Shown: positions 24,788 to 38,500 of the stretch, piece by piece
Position numbering within the stretch: the first letter of the stretch is position 1
Layout of the letters: every line of letters starts with the position of its first letter
Assembly: GCA_028023455.1 (NCBI GenBank)
Contig: JAQFVV010000004.1
Location: 21,514,001 to 21,578,000 of the forward strand
Length of the DNA: 64,000 nucleotides
Reading direction: 5' to 3'
Origin: Epiperipatus broadwayi
Lineage: Eukaryota; Animalia; Onychophora
Position numbers and translations under genes: made by a program
The notes under the pieces: generated by a model
What the model was told of the DNA's origin: nothing
Database searches by the model: none
The model's input: only the letters and a program-made list of their open reading frames with translations

Positions 24788-27305
24788 TGTAACTTCCATG
24801 ACATGCGTGGCTTTTATGTGCATCATTTTTTTATTTATGTATTCTACAAATGTATGAAAGTTATGTGTATAAATAAATTATAAAGTACGGTATTTAATAA
24901 TAATAATTGTAAAAATTAAAATTTTATTAGGATTCTGTATTTTGACATAAGAAAATAATTATTTTAAAAGAACATTGCTATAGGAACCAACTAAAGCTTT
25001 CTTCGATCGTCTGCTTTAGATAAAAGATGGGAATTATTACTTCTTCATTGTGACTTATAAAAGGGAAGCCAATAAAAATTGTAATCATTATTTAAGTTGA
25101 TCATGCAGTTAATGGAATAAAAACTCCTGAATGCCTTGCCCTGATCTATCCAGGACATAGATGACTATGGAACTGTACCAAAGAAAAGCTTTAAAATTAA
25201 CTGCAATTCTGCCGGTTTATTAATTATTGTCTGAAGCTGAAAGAAAATGGTACTTGCTTGCTATAAGAAAATTTATTCTTTAATGAGTTATAAAAAAAGT
25301 ATTCTTCAATGACTTAATTTGTAAATACAGTATACTTAATTTGGATGCTCTAAATATCTGGAAAAACTTCATAGGAAAAACTAAGATGGAAATAAATCAC
25401 AAGAAGTTAAAATATGAGAAAATTATTTGCAGATGTTTAAAATAATGATTCTGGTGGCTATAAATTGTAAGAGATGGCTTACAACTAACCTTCCCACCTG
25501 TCCCAGTTTTTTTCACAATGTTTGAATTCAGACCAAGTAGTAGGCAAATAAAATTGCCTACATACCTGCTTCTATACATGAAGTATATTCATATATAAAC
25601 ATACATATAAACTAATGTTTGTCTATTTGTAGAAGTTCATTTTTTTTCTCTCTTCATTTAATCTCATTAACTAAAATAATAATTAACTGACTTTTAGAAC
25701 AGACATAAGCAAAGGTCAAAATAGATATGAGGTCAAAATTGTTGCTAAGTGATCAAATTTGGAATAATGATTAAATAAAAATAATGTTTTATAATTTGTT
25801 TTTTTTTTGATCAAGTTATAACAATAGGTTTTAGCTAGCGTTAGACAATATAGCATTTTTCTTCACTTGTGGTCTAACAACAGAATCGTCAGCCCAAAGA
25901 AAAAAAGTCTTTTATTATTATTATTTTTTTTTAAAAAGTAAATGTTCAGCATTTAAAAACAGTAAAATCTTAATGTCTATATTTTAAAAGTAATCTAAAG
26001 TCTTTATAGTTTGGATAGAAGGAAAATGGAAATTTAAATTTCAATTTATAATTACCATAATGAATTAATGACAATTTATTCTGCAAGCTGGAATTTATTA
26101 TTATAGAAATAATAAAAAAGAAACATGAAAATATTAGAAATTGTTTCTTTAAGCCATTTTCATATATCTATTGAAGCCACAATATAATTAATAAGGATTG
26201 ATAAAATGGTCATTACAATGTGTGTGGGGTAAAAGACCAGTACTGTAGGATTTTCCAAAGCTAACTTTGATGTCATTTTAAAAGTTTCCATCAAAATGTC
26301 TGTTTTATAAAACGCTGGTGAATATCAATCTTCAATGGATTTGTATATGTTCAGAAGAGATAATTTGTATGTGTTTGTGTTTAACCAAGTAGCATAAAAG
26401 ATACAAATATTAACAGAGTGGTGAACAGGGACATTATGCATGGAGATTGACATTTAAGTTTATAAACTCTTAACTATGAACAAAGTGCTTGCTCTCCTCA
26501 GGATAAATTTTTTATATTTTGTTTTTGATTCACGTGATTATTTTTTTTTTTTACTTTTGTCATTTCTATTTGAAAGTTTACGTAGTGTAATTTATTTTTA
26601 TTGTGTATTCAAGATTCATTTTCAAATTCGATCACCTGCATTTTAAAAGTGGGAGCAATGAATAAATGTGTCATATGTTGATGTATTTTAAAAAAAGGAA
26701 GCATAGTCAATTAATGTGTATTATTTTTAATAAAAGTAAATTTACAGATTCCTCTGGAAATTCGACATTGATCCATCAAGGCGACCTCAAGTAAGGTTTT
26801 TATATATTTAACATTAAGGACAAACAAAACTATATTATTTACTAATAAGTTTTAATAATATTTACTTGTAATTTTGTTTTATTTCTGAGTGCACAATTAA
26901 CTCACTGGAGTGTATCTATCATTTATTTTTACTATGACTTACACACACATATAGATGGGAGTCGGGCTATATATATATTTTAATAAAAAAAAATAGTTAT
27001 AAATATATTTATCCTAACCTAAAAATATCATTCTAATAATTACATTAATGGAGTAGTTTTAGAATTAGTGAACTCTCATTTTACTTTTCTTTTTTTGTTT
27101 TATGTATATATTTAGTGATTTATTTAATATCATTTTGTATATAATGTACTTCAAATTATTTTGTTTCTCTAGTGTTAACCCATCAAAGTGATAGAAAACC
27201 ATTCTTGATAACCGAATATTTATTTATTTTATTTTTGTTTGTAAATATTTATCATTATATGTTGTTAATAAACATATTAAGTTGTTTAAACCAATCTGAT
27301 CTCTA

Positions 27306-27530
27306 TTTGATCATCACCATCATCATTGTGCATTTATATCACTAGATGTTTGATCATCACCATTACCATTGTGCATTTATACCACTTGATGTTTGATCAT
27401 CACCATCGTTATTGTGCATTTGTATCATTAAAAGTTTCATCATCACATTATGAATTTACACCATTAAAGGTTTGATGATCATCATCATCATTATGTATTT
27501 CTCTCCTAAATGATTGATCATCATCAGTAT
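27306..27530. repeat. 43-bp minisatellite, about 5 degenerate copies
   Basis: tttgatcatcaccatcatcattgtgcatttatatcactagatg units at 27306, 27349, 27392, 27435 and further decayed copies. Confidence 0.85.
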
Positions 27531-30500
27531 TTTCCTATATCTATGCTTATATAAAGGTATATTTGGTTAATAATTGAATAAGTCCATCCCTGAAGAGAGC
27601 TGACTGCAAGAACTCCCTGGGTTCGAATTCCGTGGTGTAATGGGGCCTAAAAAGGGAGTGTAATGAATATGCACTAGTCTAAGTTACATTGAAATATTGT
27701 TAGTAAATTATAAGTTAGTATATGGAATGTAGATGTGACTTGGAACTGGGCATTTTATTGTGACATCTTTAGCATCCTATTTGAAGGCCTAGGTCTGATA
27801 CTAGTGAGATGCGCTCCCTTTGTTATATGCCATTCCTGATTCAGTAATATCTGATGCACCCAAATGTGCCATTGAATCATAAATTTAGGACATGACTTGT
27901 TGTAGGTTGTTAGACATGAGTCGTATTCATGTAGTCTTATGGTGTAACCCGTGGTTTCGTTATAATATCTATTTTCACAAGATAATAAAGTGTTAGTTCA
28001 CACTGACATCAAGTAATTGAATGAACTTACTATAATTTTTTTCTTGATCAATTATTATAAATCCACAGAGATTTTTCCTCTCACGCTAGCTTTTCATACA
28101 ATCTTAAATATTAATATAAAGTTTTTTATATTATTATCATTCTGATTGTTAATTAAAATTATTGTTACTAATTTTGTTGTTTGTTTATTTCTCATCTGAA
28201 TTCCAAGCAGATTATTTATTTATTCATATTATGAATGTGGAGGGGTAATGATCTGGAGATATGATTGAATCTGAATAAAAGCTTTTTTTAAAGTGTGTTG
28301 AGTTTACTCATCACCTTGACTATTTAAATTAAACAATTAAAATTTTTCAGGATCTCCACCATGAACACGTTTATTCATTAGATATTTATAATTCTGCTAG
28401 ACAGTTATGAATATTATTTACCATGTTATTTTGATGAATTACTGATTGTTAAAAGGGTGGTAACAATAATAATAAGTGATCAAACTATCAATAAAATAAA
28501 AGGCACAATATTCATTCTAAAATTAAATTTTAGTCTAGGGGAATTATAAACATCTAACAGGTGACCGTGTAAATGGTGGAAAGACTATACAAATTTTAAT
28601 TGTCTAATTACTGTATATATAGATAATGATCAAACTGAACACACATAAATAATAGTCTTTATGCATATTCAGTCATATTTCCTGATTGCTACTCTCCACA
28701 TTCGTAATATGATTAAATGACAAAATAATTTGCTTGAAATTTGCATGAGAAATGAACAACAAAATTATTAGCAATAATTTTAATTTACAAACAAAAATGA
28801 TAATAATATTAAAAAAATTGTATTTACATTTTAGTTTGTATGAAGAGCACAAGTAAGAGGGAAATCTTTGTAGATTTATAATAATTCATCAAGAAAAAAG
28901 TTTATAGTAAATTCATTTAATTATCTTGATATTTCCATGAATGTAGGCATATATTTCTGTCTCTGTCAATGTAGATATATGGCCATTAAAATCATTATTT
29001 TATAAATTTCAGACAATTTTCTAATATCTTCTTTTAGTGTGTTTCAATAGTAATTTAATCCATGTAGTTTTTCATGATATTTAGAGCATCAAAATTAAGT
29101 AGATTTAAAAATTAATTCTTAGAAGACTATTTCCCCTTAGATAATTCATTAGAGGATGAGTTTTCTCATAGCAAGCATCACTTTTTTTAGCTAGTAATTA
29201 ATAGACAAGCAGAATTAAAGTTAATTTCCAAGACATTCCTTTGTTTGCAATTTCATAGTCAGCTATATCTCTGGAAAGATTAGGGAAGACATTCTGAAGT
29301 TTTACCCAGAGACTGACTATCAATTTAAACAAGCATTACAATTTTTCTTGACTTCTCTCTTATAATATACAATGAAGAAGTAACAACAATTCCCACTTTT
29401 ATGTAAAGCAGATAATCGGAGAGAGCTTCAGTGGTTACCATAGCACATTCTTTTTAATTAATTATTCCTTATTTCAAAATACAGAATCATAATAAAATTT
29501 TAATTTTTTTACAGTTATTATTAAATACTTTACTTCATAATTTATATATACACACGACTTTCATATATTTTTACAATACATAATTTTTTTTTAAAATGCA
29601 TATAAAAGTTATGCATGTAAACCCTGTGATGGAGATTATATTTACTCCTCCGTTTAGGAATAAATCATTCAATTTTATTTCTACTCTTAAAAAAAAGTCT
29701 TAACCTTAAAATAATGTCATTCTTAGCCATACTTCTTTGAAAATAGACTTACAAGTTGGTATGAGCATAACAAATAATATCATCCGTAGTCTAGATAATA
29801 TTTACTAATCTACTACATTGGTATGCAAATGAATTTTTTTTATTAATTCCATTAAAACTATTTATTGAATTTGATCATCTACTCACAAATGCTGAGATGA
29901 ACCAAGAACTCTTTCTGACAAATGAGTGTTCCATGCAACATGAATACCAAGAGAATTATCCAAAGCACAAATAAAAAATCAACAAACCCATATATAAATG
30001 AATAATACAATTAACTAAAGCCTTGCTCTACTATGAGAACTTAGAGACTAATACACAATACATCCTAAGAATTATGCCTGACTCACTCTTGAGACTTAGA
30101 AGTTGATAATTAGATATAAAATGTTTTGGGAACAGTGCTGAGATAAGGACTGATGTATCATGAAAATCTGACAATCCCAAAATAATAAAAACAATACAGA
30201 AAACAACATAATCAACCATTAATAAACCTCTGAAATTAATTTTAGTTTAAATTATATATATAATATGATTTAGCAAATAACACATATCTAATTCATTTAG
30301 CATGACTTTTTGTCAATTATTGTTTTTAATATTTGAGTAGTACAATTTATTTTTAAATCTTTTATTCTGCTCAGTAGTATCTACCTTCATAATCTGTATT
30401 TCATAATTATTTGTTTATTTTTTATATCACATGCCTGTTAACAAATGCAGAGTCATCAACTTAGAGGCTATCCTTATTCATAGGAGTAATTTTTGCCTCT

Positions 30501-31909
30501 CTCTAAATATTTTTTTTATTAGCCCTCACTTGGAATGCCAAAATATGTTTTAATTACCATATGGTAACTGATTCATCTCTAGAACAAATGATCTTTCTAT
30601 TTTTTTTCTAGCTCTATTTTTTACTTTTATTTTCACATAATGAGTTCTTGAATCTAATTTCATAGACAATCTACCTATTTTTATTACTTGCCTTAACTCT
30701 GAATTTATCTCTACTTCTCTTAATTTTAACATTGGTACTTTTTCTTCTATATATTCTACCAAGTAGTATAAGATTATACTTAATCCTATTAACTTGATTT
30801 TCTTGATCATTTCTTTCTTTGATATTTAAGTAACCTAATCCTTTTTCCAAATCAGATATTTATTCCCTTTTGCCTCTATTGGGTGTGCATTCAGATGTGC
30901 AGTCAACTATAATGCAAGCATCACCCTCCAAGGTTTCTGTGTTAACTCTAAACTTATTTAGACTATCAATATCATGATCATCTTTAATTAATGCAATCAG
31001 ACATTTATCATTAGCTTTATCTGTTACATCTAATTTAGATAAATTATATCACAACTATCTATCTATTTGTTCAGTTACTATAACATTTTCTTCATTATTT
31101 TCTCCAATTTCCTCTACCATCTAGGTTTTATCATCTTCATTCAATTGGACCTCAAGACTTATATTGTTAATTTTACTTTCTAACTCTACAAAATGTCTTT
31201 ATCATATACTTATTGTTTCTTCATTTAGTTGTTCTGTATGCTTTTGTTTTTTTTTTCGGGTCTGATTCACAATTTGACTTTTAAGTTTTGTTCTTTCATT
31301 TGACCTTATGTTTTAAAGTATTTCAATTCTGTGAACAAGCTTTTCCATCTTCTCTTTATTTTTGTGTTTTAAGATCTTCCATTTTTCAATTCTGTGAACA
31401 TGCTTTCCATGTTCTCTTTATTTTTCTTTATTAAATTCTGTGAACATGTTCATGATCATATTCATAAACTCATTATTATGAGCCTCAGTTTCATTTACCT
31501 GAGCTTTCCATTTTCGTTTTAGCTTGGGTAATCATATATAACAATTTATACTAAAATTAGCAACTAACTTTCCTATAAAAATTTTAAAAAATTATTTTTT
31601 AACCATTTTTTTCTTCTTTTATTTATTTAAGAACTAGAATGCCCACTCCTCTTTCCACCATGTAGTCTTTCTATCACTGCTCTGTATTTTATTTTTAATG
31701 CCTTATTTTATTTACCTATTATTATTTCTCCCAACTCATTTTCATTATTATTACTGTTTAAAGACATATATGAGTTTATTGATTGATTTTTTTTATTTTC
31801 TTGTTTATAACAAAATAAATTATATTTTCTCCTATGACCAAGTATTTATATTTCCATATTTCAATGATTAATTTATTTTTTCGTGAATATTACTAATAAA
31901 ATTTTTTAA

Positions 31910-32458
31910 CCTTTTTACAATGAGCTCCAAAGTCACTAAGAAGGTAAAGGTTGTAAAGAAAGGTCCTATCCAGGTGGTACAAGTTTTTGGACGAAAAAAA
32001 AAAAACTGCAACGCCATTGCATATTGCAAAAGAAGTAAAGGCTTATTAAAAGTTAATGGATGACCACTTGAATTAATTGAACCTCAGCTTCTTAAATATA
32101 AGTTGCTGGAATCTATACTATTGTTGGGAAGAGAGATTTTCTGGAGTTGATATCAGAGTTAGAGTTAACGGTAGAGATAGTGTTGCTCAAATATATGCTA
32201 TTCGACAAGCCATTAGTAAAGCTCTAGTGGCATATTATCAAAAATATGTTGATGAAGCATCCAAAAAAGAAATAAAAGACTTTTTAATTCAATATGGCCG
32301 GTCACTTCTTGTAGCAGATCCAAGAAGATGTGAACCTAAATAGTTTGATGGATCGGGTGCACTTACACGCTATTAAAAATCATACCGTTAAATTTTATTA
32401 TTGTATGTTAGTATATAATGTGAGAATAAAAAAATTTACAACAGAAAAAAAAAAAAAA
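31910..32458 (+). pseudogene. RPS16: Processed pseudogene of 40S ribosomal protein S16 (uS9)
   Basis: ATG 31920 to TAA 32391 translates to [27 protein letters not shown]...[12 protein letters not shown]...[49 protein letters not shown]...KSYR. No introns; frameshifts; stops at 32061, 32341 and 32374; AATAAA at 32425; poly(A) 32445-32458; absent from the paralogous site near 21900-21945. Confidence 0.95.
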
Positions 32459-33279
32459 TTCAAACTATCCCTGTTTGTTTTGATCAAGAATAATCCCGAA
32501 TTGGCTCCCATATGTAACAGTAACTGCACTTTTAACATTAACAATTGGTAATCGGTCAATCAAATTATAAATATCTAACTGGTGACAGACAGTGTACATG
32601 GTGGAGAGATTATACACATTTAATTGTCTAATTTATATAGTTACAGATAATGATTAGACTGACACACATAAAAAAAACAAGACTATGCAGATTCAATCAT
32701 ATTACCTGATCGCTATCCCTCCACATTCATAATATGAATAAAAGACAAAATTAAAATAACATGCTTGGAATTTGGACGAGAAGTAAACAAACTACATTAT
32801 TAGCAATAATTTTAATTAACAAACAGAATAATATAAAAAAAAATTGTATTTACATTTAAGATAGTATGAACAACACACGTAAATCTTTGTGAATTTATAA
32901 TATTTAATCAAGAAAAAAAAAGTATAGTAATGTCATTCAATTACATTGATATTTCCGTTAGTGTAGACACATTGCCGTCTCAATGAATGTACATATATGG
33001 CCATTAAACTTTTTATTTTATACATTTGCAAAAAATTGTCTAATATATTCTCTTAGTTTATTTCAATAGTAGTTTAATCCATACATTTTCCCCCACATTT
33101 ATAGTATTGAAATTAAGTAGATTTATAAATTAATTCATAGAATAATGTTTCCCCTTGGATAAGTTATTTGGAGGGTGAATTTTCTTATAGAAAACGTCAC
33201 TTTTTTCAGCTAGTAATTAATAAACCCGCAGAATCGAGGTTAATTTCTAAGGGTTACTTTTGTTTACAGTTTCATAGAC

Positions 33280-33727
33280 CAGGGGTGGGCAACTTTTGTG
33301 TTCATAAGATCTACTTTTTATTTTAAAAGTGTGTTGCGATCGACTTAGTCTAAGGGAAGGGAGATCTGAAATACATACTATTTTTTATAAATCTACCTAG
33401 TAAAAAATAACAATTAGTTAATGTGCCAAAAAACTCCTGTCCGGGGGAATTAAAGCAATTAACAATATTTATTCATTCAAATTAACTACACGAAATCAAG
33501 ATTAAAAATATTATTTTCAATAATGATACGGTTTAGTCGACTTCACCTATCTAGAATTGAAAAATAATTAGAACAAAAACAAAAATAACAAAATTAGAAA
33601 ATCTTGATTTAATTTGTTTCACTCGTTCTCGTTACCCCAATAGCTCTTGCCAAATTGGCCTCGCGATCGATCAAAAATGGCCTTGCGATCGACCGATGGA
33701 TCACGATCGACTTGTTGGACACTCCTG
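33280..33727. mobile_element. hAT-superfamily MITE (448 bp)
   Basis: TIRs CAGGGGTGGGCAAC / GTTGGACACTCCTG, 8-bp TSD tcatagac (33272-33279, 33728-33735), repeated subterminal cgatcga motifs, empty site near 29250-29270. Confidence 0.9.
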
Positions 33728-35208
33728 TCATAGACAACTACATCACTGGAAAGATTAGAGAAGGCATTCTGAAATTTTACCCCCAGAGACTGCAATATCA
33801 AGTTAAACAACTTACCTTTTATGTAAAGCAGATAATTGAAGAGAGCTTCAGTTGGTTGCCACAGCAATGTTCTTTTAAAATAATTATTCCATATTTCAAA
33901 ATTCAGAAGCATAATAAAATTTTAATTTTTTACAATTATTATTAAATAGTTTACTTTATAATTTATTTATTTTTGTCATTTTCATACATTTTTACAATAC
34001 ATAAATAAAAACAGATGCACATAAAAGTTATGCATGTAAACTCAGTCATGGAGGTTACATTGTTCCCTTCATTTAGGCATAAAATAGTCGATTTAGCATA
34101 AACATCACTCAATTTTATTTCTACTCTAAAAAAAAAAATTATTTAATCATAAAATAATGTCGTGCTTAGCCATACTTCTTTGAAAACTAACTTACAAACT
34201 GATATGAATATAAACAAAATCATCCTTAGTTTAGATAATATTTACTAATCTATTACATTGTTATGCAAAAAAAAATTTCCATTAAAACTATTGAATTTGA
34301 TCATCTACTTGCAAATGCTGAAATGAACCAAATCTTCCACTAGCAATGAGTGTCCCATGGAACATGAATACCAAGAGAGCTATCGTAAGCACAATATAAT
34401 ATCAACCAACTTCTATATAAATGAACAATACTACGAGACTTAGAGGATAATGCTTAATACATCCCAAGAATTATGCTTTGCTCTCTCTTAAGACTTAGAA
34501 ACTGACAAATATAAAAATATGTCTGACTCACCTTTGAGACTTAGAAGTTGATAACTGTAAATATAAAATATTTTGGGAACAGTGCTAAGACAAAGACTGA
34601 TGTATCATGAAAACCCGACAATCTTAAAACAATGAAAACCTATCCATACATCAACAATACAGAAAAGAATATGATCAACCATCAATAAACCTCTGAAATT
34701 AATTTTAGTTTAAATTATATAGTATTTTATATGCTTTAGCAAATAACACATATCTAATTCATTTAGCATGTCTTTTTTGTTAACTATTGTTTTTAACATT
34801 TGAGCAATAAATAATCTGTATTTCCTAATTATTTGTCCATTTTCCTATATTATATGTCTGTTAACAAGTACAGAGTCATCAACTTAGAGGCCATCTGTAT
34901 TCATAGAAGAAGTAACCTTTCCTCTCTTTAATTTTTTTTATTAATATGCATGCCCTTACTTGGAACCTGAAATTCCTTTTATTCATCATATGATAATTCT
35001 GATTTATCTCTAGAGCAAATGAACTTTCTATTTTTTTCTTTCTAATTCTATTCTTTACTTTTGTTCTTACACAATAAATTTTTGAACCTAATTTCATAGA
35101 CAATTTACTTACCTTAATTACTTGCCTTGTGTGGAGATCTCTCTAGTTCTCTTATTTTTAATCTTGGGAGGGGGGGTTTGGTACTTTTTCTTTTTTATAC
35201 CAGTTATA

Positions 35209-35589
35209 AAAACAGGTAAAACTCTCCATACAGTAGTGCCACTCAATGCAAGCCAGAGTAATCAATGAATGCCAGAAAGGTTGTGCATAAAATCCCTATC
35301 TAGTGCCTACTCATCCAATATCCTCAGACTACTTTCTAGTTTGTGGCTTTCATCAGTGAGGAACCTTGGATCTGAGAGCACTGCACCTAAATCTTAGGGT
35401 CTAATGCAACCCTTCAGCAGCCATCTTTTATCTCTACTTAATTACAAAACTATGAGTCTAAACACAATATTTTCAATCCAAGCTCATTAGCTTATATAGT
35501 CATATAGATCTGAACTCATGCAGAGTTTTGCCTGTTTTAATAATAGCTATGAGAAAGCATAAGAAATGGTGATCATGTGATGTTTAGTG
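35209..35589. mobile_element. Retrozyme-like family A, insertion 3
   Basis: Same termini as insertions 1 and 2. HHR at 35321-35362(-): tcctca CTGATGA AAGC CACAA ACTA GAAA GTAGTC tgagga. Inversion at about 35518. TSD-like gttata (35203-35208 / 35590-35595). Confidence 0.85.
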
Positions 35590-38500
35590 GTTATACTCAA
35601 TCCTATTAACTTGATCATCTCTTTCTTTGATATTGAAGTAACTTAATTCTAAATCAGATATTTCTTCCCTTTTATCTCTATTGGGTGTGCATTCGGATAT
35701 GCAGTCAACTATAATGCAAGCATCACCCTCCAAAGGCTTCTGTATTAACTCTAAACTTATTTAGACAATCAATATCATGATCATCTTTAATTAATGCAGT
35801 TGGACATTTATCACTAGCTTTATGTGTTACATCTAGCTTTGATTGAATATCTATCTCTTATGATTCTGAAATTATATCACAACTATTTATTTGTTCAGTT
35901 ACTACAACATTTTCTTTATTATTTTCTCCAATTTCCTCTATCACCTTTGTTTTATCATCTTTATTCAATTGGATCTCAAGACTTATATCATTAATTTTTA
36001 CTTTTTAACTCTACAAAATGACTTCAACATATACTTATTGTTTTTTCACTCAGTTGTTCTATATGCTTTAGTTTTCTTTGGTTTGATTTTCAATTTGGCT
36101 CTTAAGTTTTGTTCTTCCATTTGGCCTTTCAATTCTGTTAACATGCTTTCCATGGTCTCATTATTTAATGTTTTAAAGTCTTTCAATTCTGTGAACAAGA
36201 TTTCCATCTTCTCTTTATTTTATATTTTAAGATCTTTCATTTTTCAATTTTGTGAATATGCTTTCCATCTTCTCTTTATTTTGTGTTTTAAAATCTTCCA
36301 TTTGGCCTTTCAATTCTATAAACATGCTTTCCATGTTTTCTTTATTTTCTTTATTAAATTCTGTGAACATGTTCATGATCATATTCATAAACTCACAATC
36401 TGTATATTCCTAATCATAGTTTTAGCCTTAATTCAAATAATGAAAAAATGTTAAATGTGAAGATGTAATTTTTATATTTTATTTTGAGCAAAACGTAACT
36501 GTGTGAATAGTTTTGGAGCATTTTTTCAAATTAACTGATTGGCTATAGAAGTTTATTTATATTATACAACTATTGTATGATAGAATAAAAGAAAACATTG
36601 AGAAATTTTAAATGAAAACTGCTTTAAAGAAGAATGTATTATTCCCCATTTCTGTTTTTCTTTGGACTTTCAGAGTAGTAAGGCTTTGTAAAGCTGGCAT
36701 TAAAATGCAATATAAATTTGATAATGGAATTTGCAAAAAAAAAAATTACTGGGTTCTAGATTTATACTATTTTGATGATTATACTATTCTTGTCAATACA
36801 AAAAAAAAATCTACAGAATGTTCTTAATGTGTTGAATGCAGTGTGATTGCATTAATAATTAATATTCAAAGAACTTAAGCTCTTTATTAGCCTGTGATGG
36901 AAGGTAAATCTTTAATAACTTTTAGTTTAAATGGTTAACAACCAAGAATATAAATTAATTTAAAAACTAAATTGAACTACAAGACAGATTCCAGTGTATT
37001 GCTGCTTTATTTAACAAGTTAAAAGATAGGTTATGTCATAATAATGATAAAACTACAACTACATAAATTGTATTTAGAAATTTTTTTTGTCCAATTTATT
37101 GTATGGAAGTGATGGTTCATGTCCTTTATTGTTTGGATGTGATGCTATTGAATCGACCAATTGCAAGGACAAATCTTTGTTGGATTGAATGTTAGAATCT
37201 AAATTTTTAGAAAATAGTCAGATTCCAAGTGACATAAAGATTATCTGAAAGACATCCTTTATACAGCATCAGATGTTAAACAGATTAAAAACAAAGATGG
37301 GATATCCGAGAGGTATTTATGTTTTACAATTTGGTTTATGTAGGCATTACTAAATTCATGTTGATACTTTATTGATTTTTTTTTTTTTTTTGTCTATTGG
37401 GGGTAAGTGTGGATAAATGGCCATACTAATTTATTTCTGGCTCTAAGGAACGCGATTATTATCAAAAACATTTTAATGTTATGGATTTTTTTTTGTCTTT
37501 TTATCTTTTTTTTTCTGGAGTCAGAGTGACCATACTCATTATTTATTGATAGTTACTACTAAGTAATGATTATTTCTTCAAATCTGATTAGATTTTTATT
37601 GCAAATGCATGTTTTTTGATACCTTCTGTAAATAAATGAGTTTATCAAGTTATTCATAAATAAGTATATAGATTGAAAATGGTAATCATATATATAGATA
37701 TGAAATGTTATTTAAATAAAAGAGATTTACTGGGAATCAATATTTTCATTCTTTTCCCATTTAAGAAACAAAAGGAACCCTTTCAGCTACATAAAAATTA
37801 TTGAAACTTTTCACTATTAAAACATTTCATGATTGTATATTCATAATTTCTGACAAGAAAATGTGATGATTGGAGTGTGAATCAACTTTCAAGTAACGTT
37901 AATCAGGGAGGGGGAATAAACGATCTAAATATTGTATATGGGTTTGGTTTTTACTAATAAGGTCTGAATAAATAAAAAAGAGAATAGTTAATGGATTTAG
38001 TCAAAGATAGAAACAGTAGTTGTGATAGTATGCAATATGTATTGTAATGGAAGCAGTAAGGGACTTTTCATAAAAGTATACTTGTCTTCTAAATCCATAC
38101 AAAGAGTATAAAAACTTTGTAATAAAAGATATGATAACATAATGGCAGATTGCATTGAACATGTCAGAGGATTATGCTATGGATACATAGCATGGCTGTA
38201 ATCATATTTCACAAGCTAACCATTGTATAAGCAGCTGTGAGGAAAACAACCTAAATGTGAAACATTGCGGTCAGATTGCTGCTCACCATATAGGGCATCA
38301 CATCAGAAGATTATAGAAGTCTATCTCCAATGCTAAAGGTGTAGCAAGGTTACATATCTTAAATCTTTACATTGTATGTGCATATATATATATATAATGA
38401 CTTGCAGGTAGTTTTCAATTTTAATTGCAGTGGTTAAGACATCCCAATATATAGCAGTCAACTTACCATCATGTAGGAGTCAAGGTTATGGAACTAAAGT

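Larger units (their letters stand above)
19219..28465 (+). mobile_element. Non-autonomous LTR retrotransposon (Ty3/gypsy-like), copy E1, with nested insertions
   Basis: 5' LTR tgtaac(19219)...gttaca(21863), PBS, gag-like relic, PPT, 3' LTR tgtaac(24788)...gtaaca(28465) interrupted by about 2.5 kb (about 25464-27960). No pol seen; no clear TSD. Confidence 0.75.
28470..36392 (-). mobile_element. Tandem array of the same non-autonomous LTR element (internal-LTR-internal-LTR), minus strand
   Basis: LTRs 34059 to 32513 and 29640 to about 28470, PBS 32510-32493, two internal regions homologous to E1. The rightmost unit is 5'-truncated at about 36392. Confidence 0.72.

Noticed and set aside
27306-27530. 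CRISPR array
   Set aside because: Contiguous degenerate 43-bp units without unique spacers, in a eukaryotic context with no cas genes.
35891-36454. 187-aa F/I/L-rich ORF as a membrane protein
   Set aside because: It is the antisense of the K/E-rich gag-like relic; the composition is an artefact of the T-rich strand.
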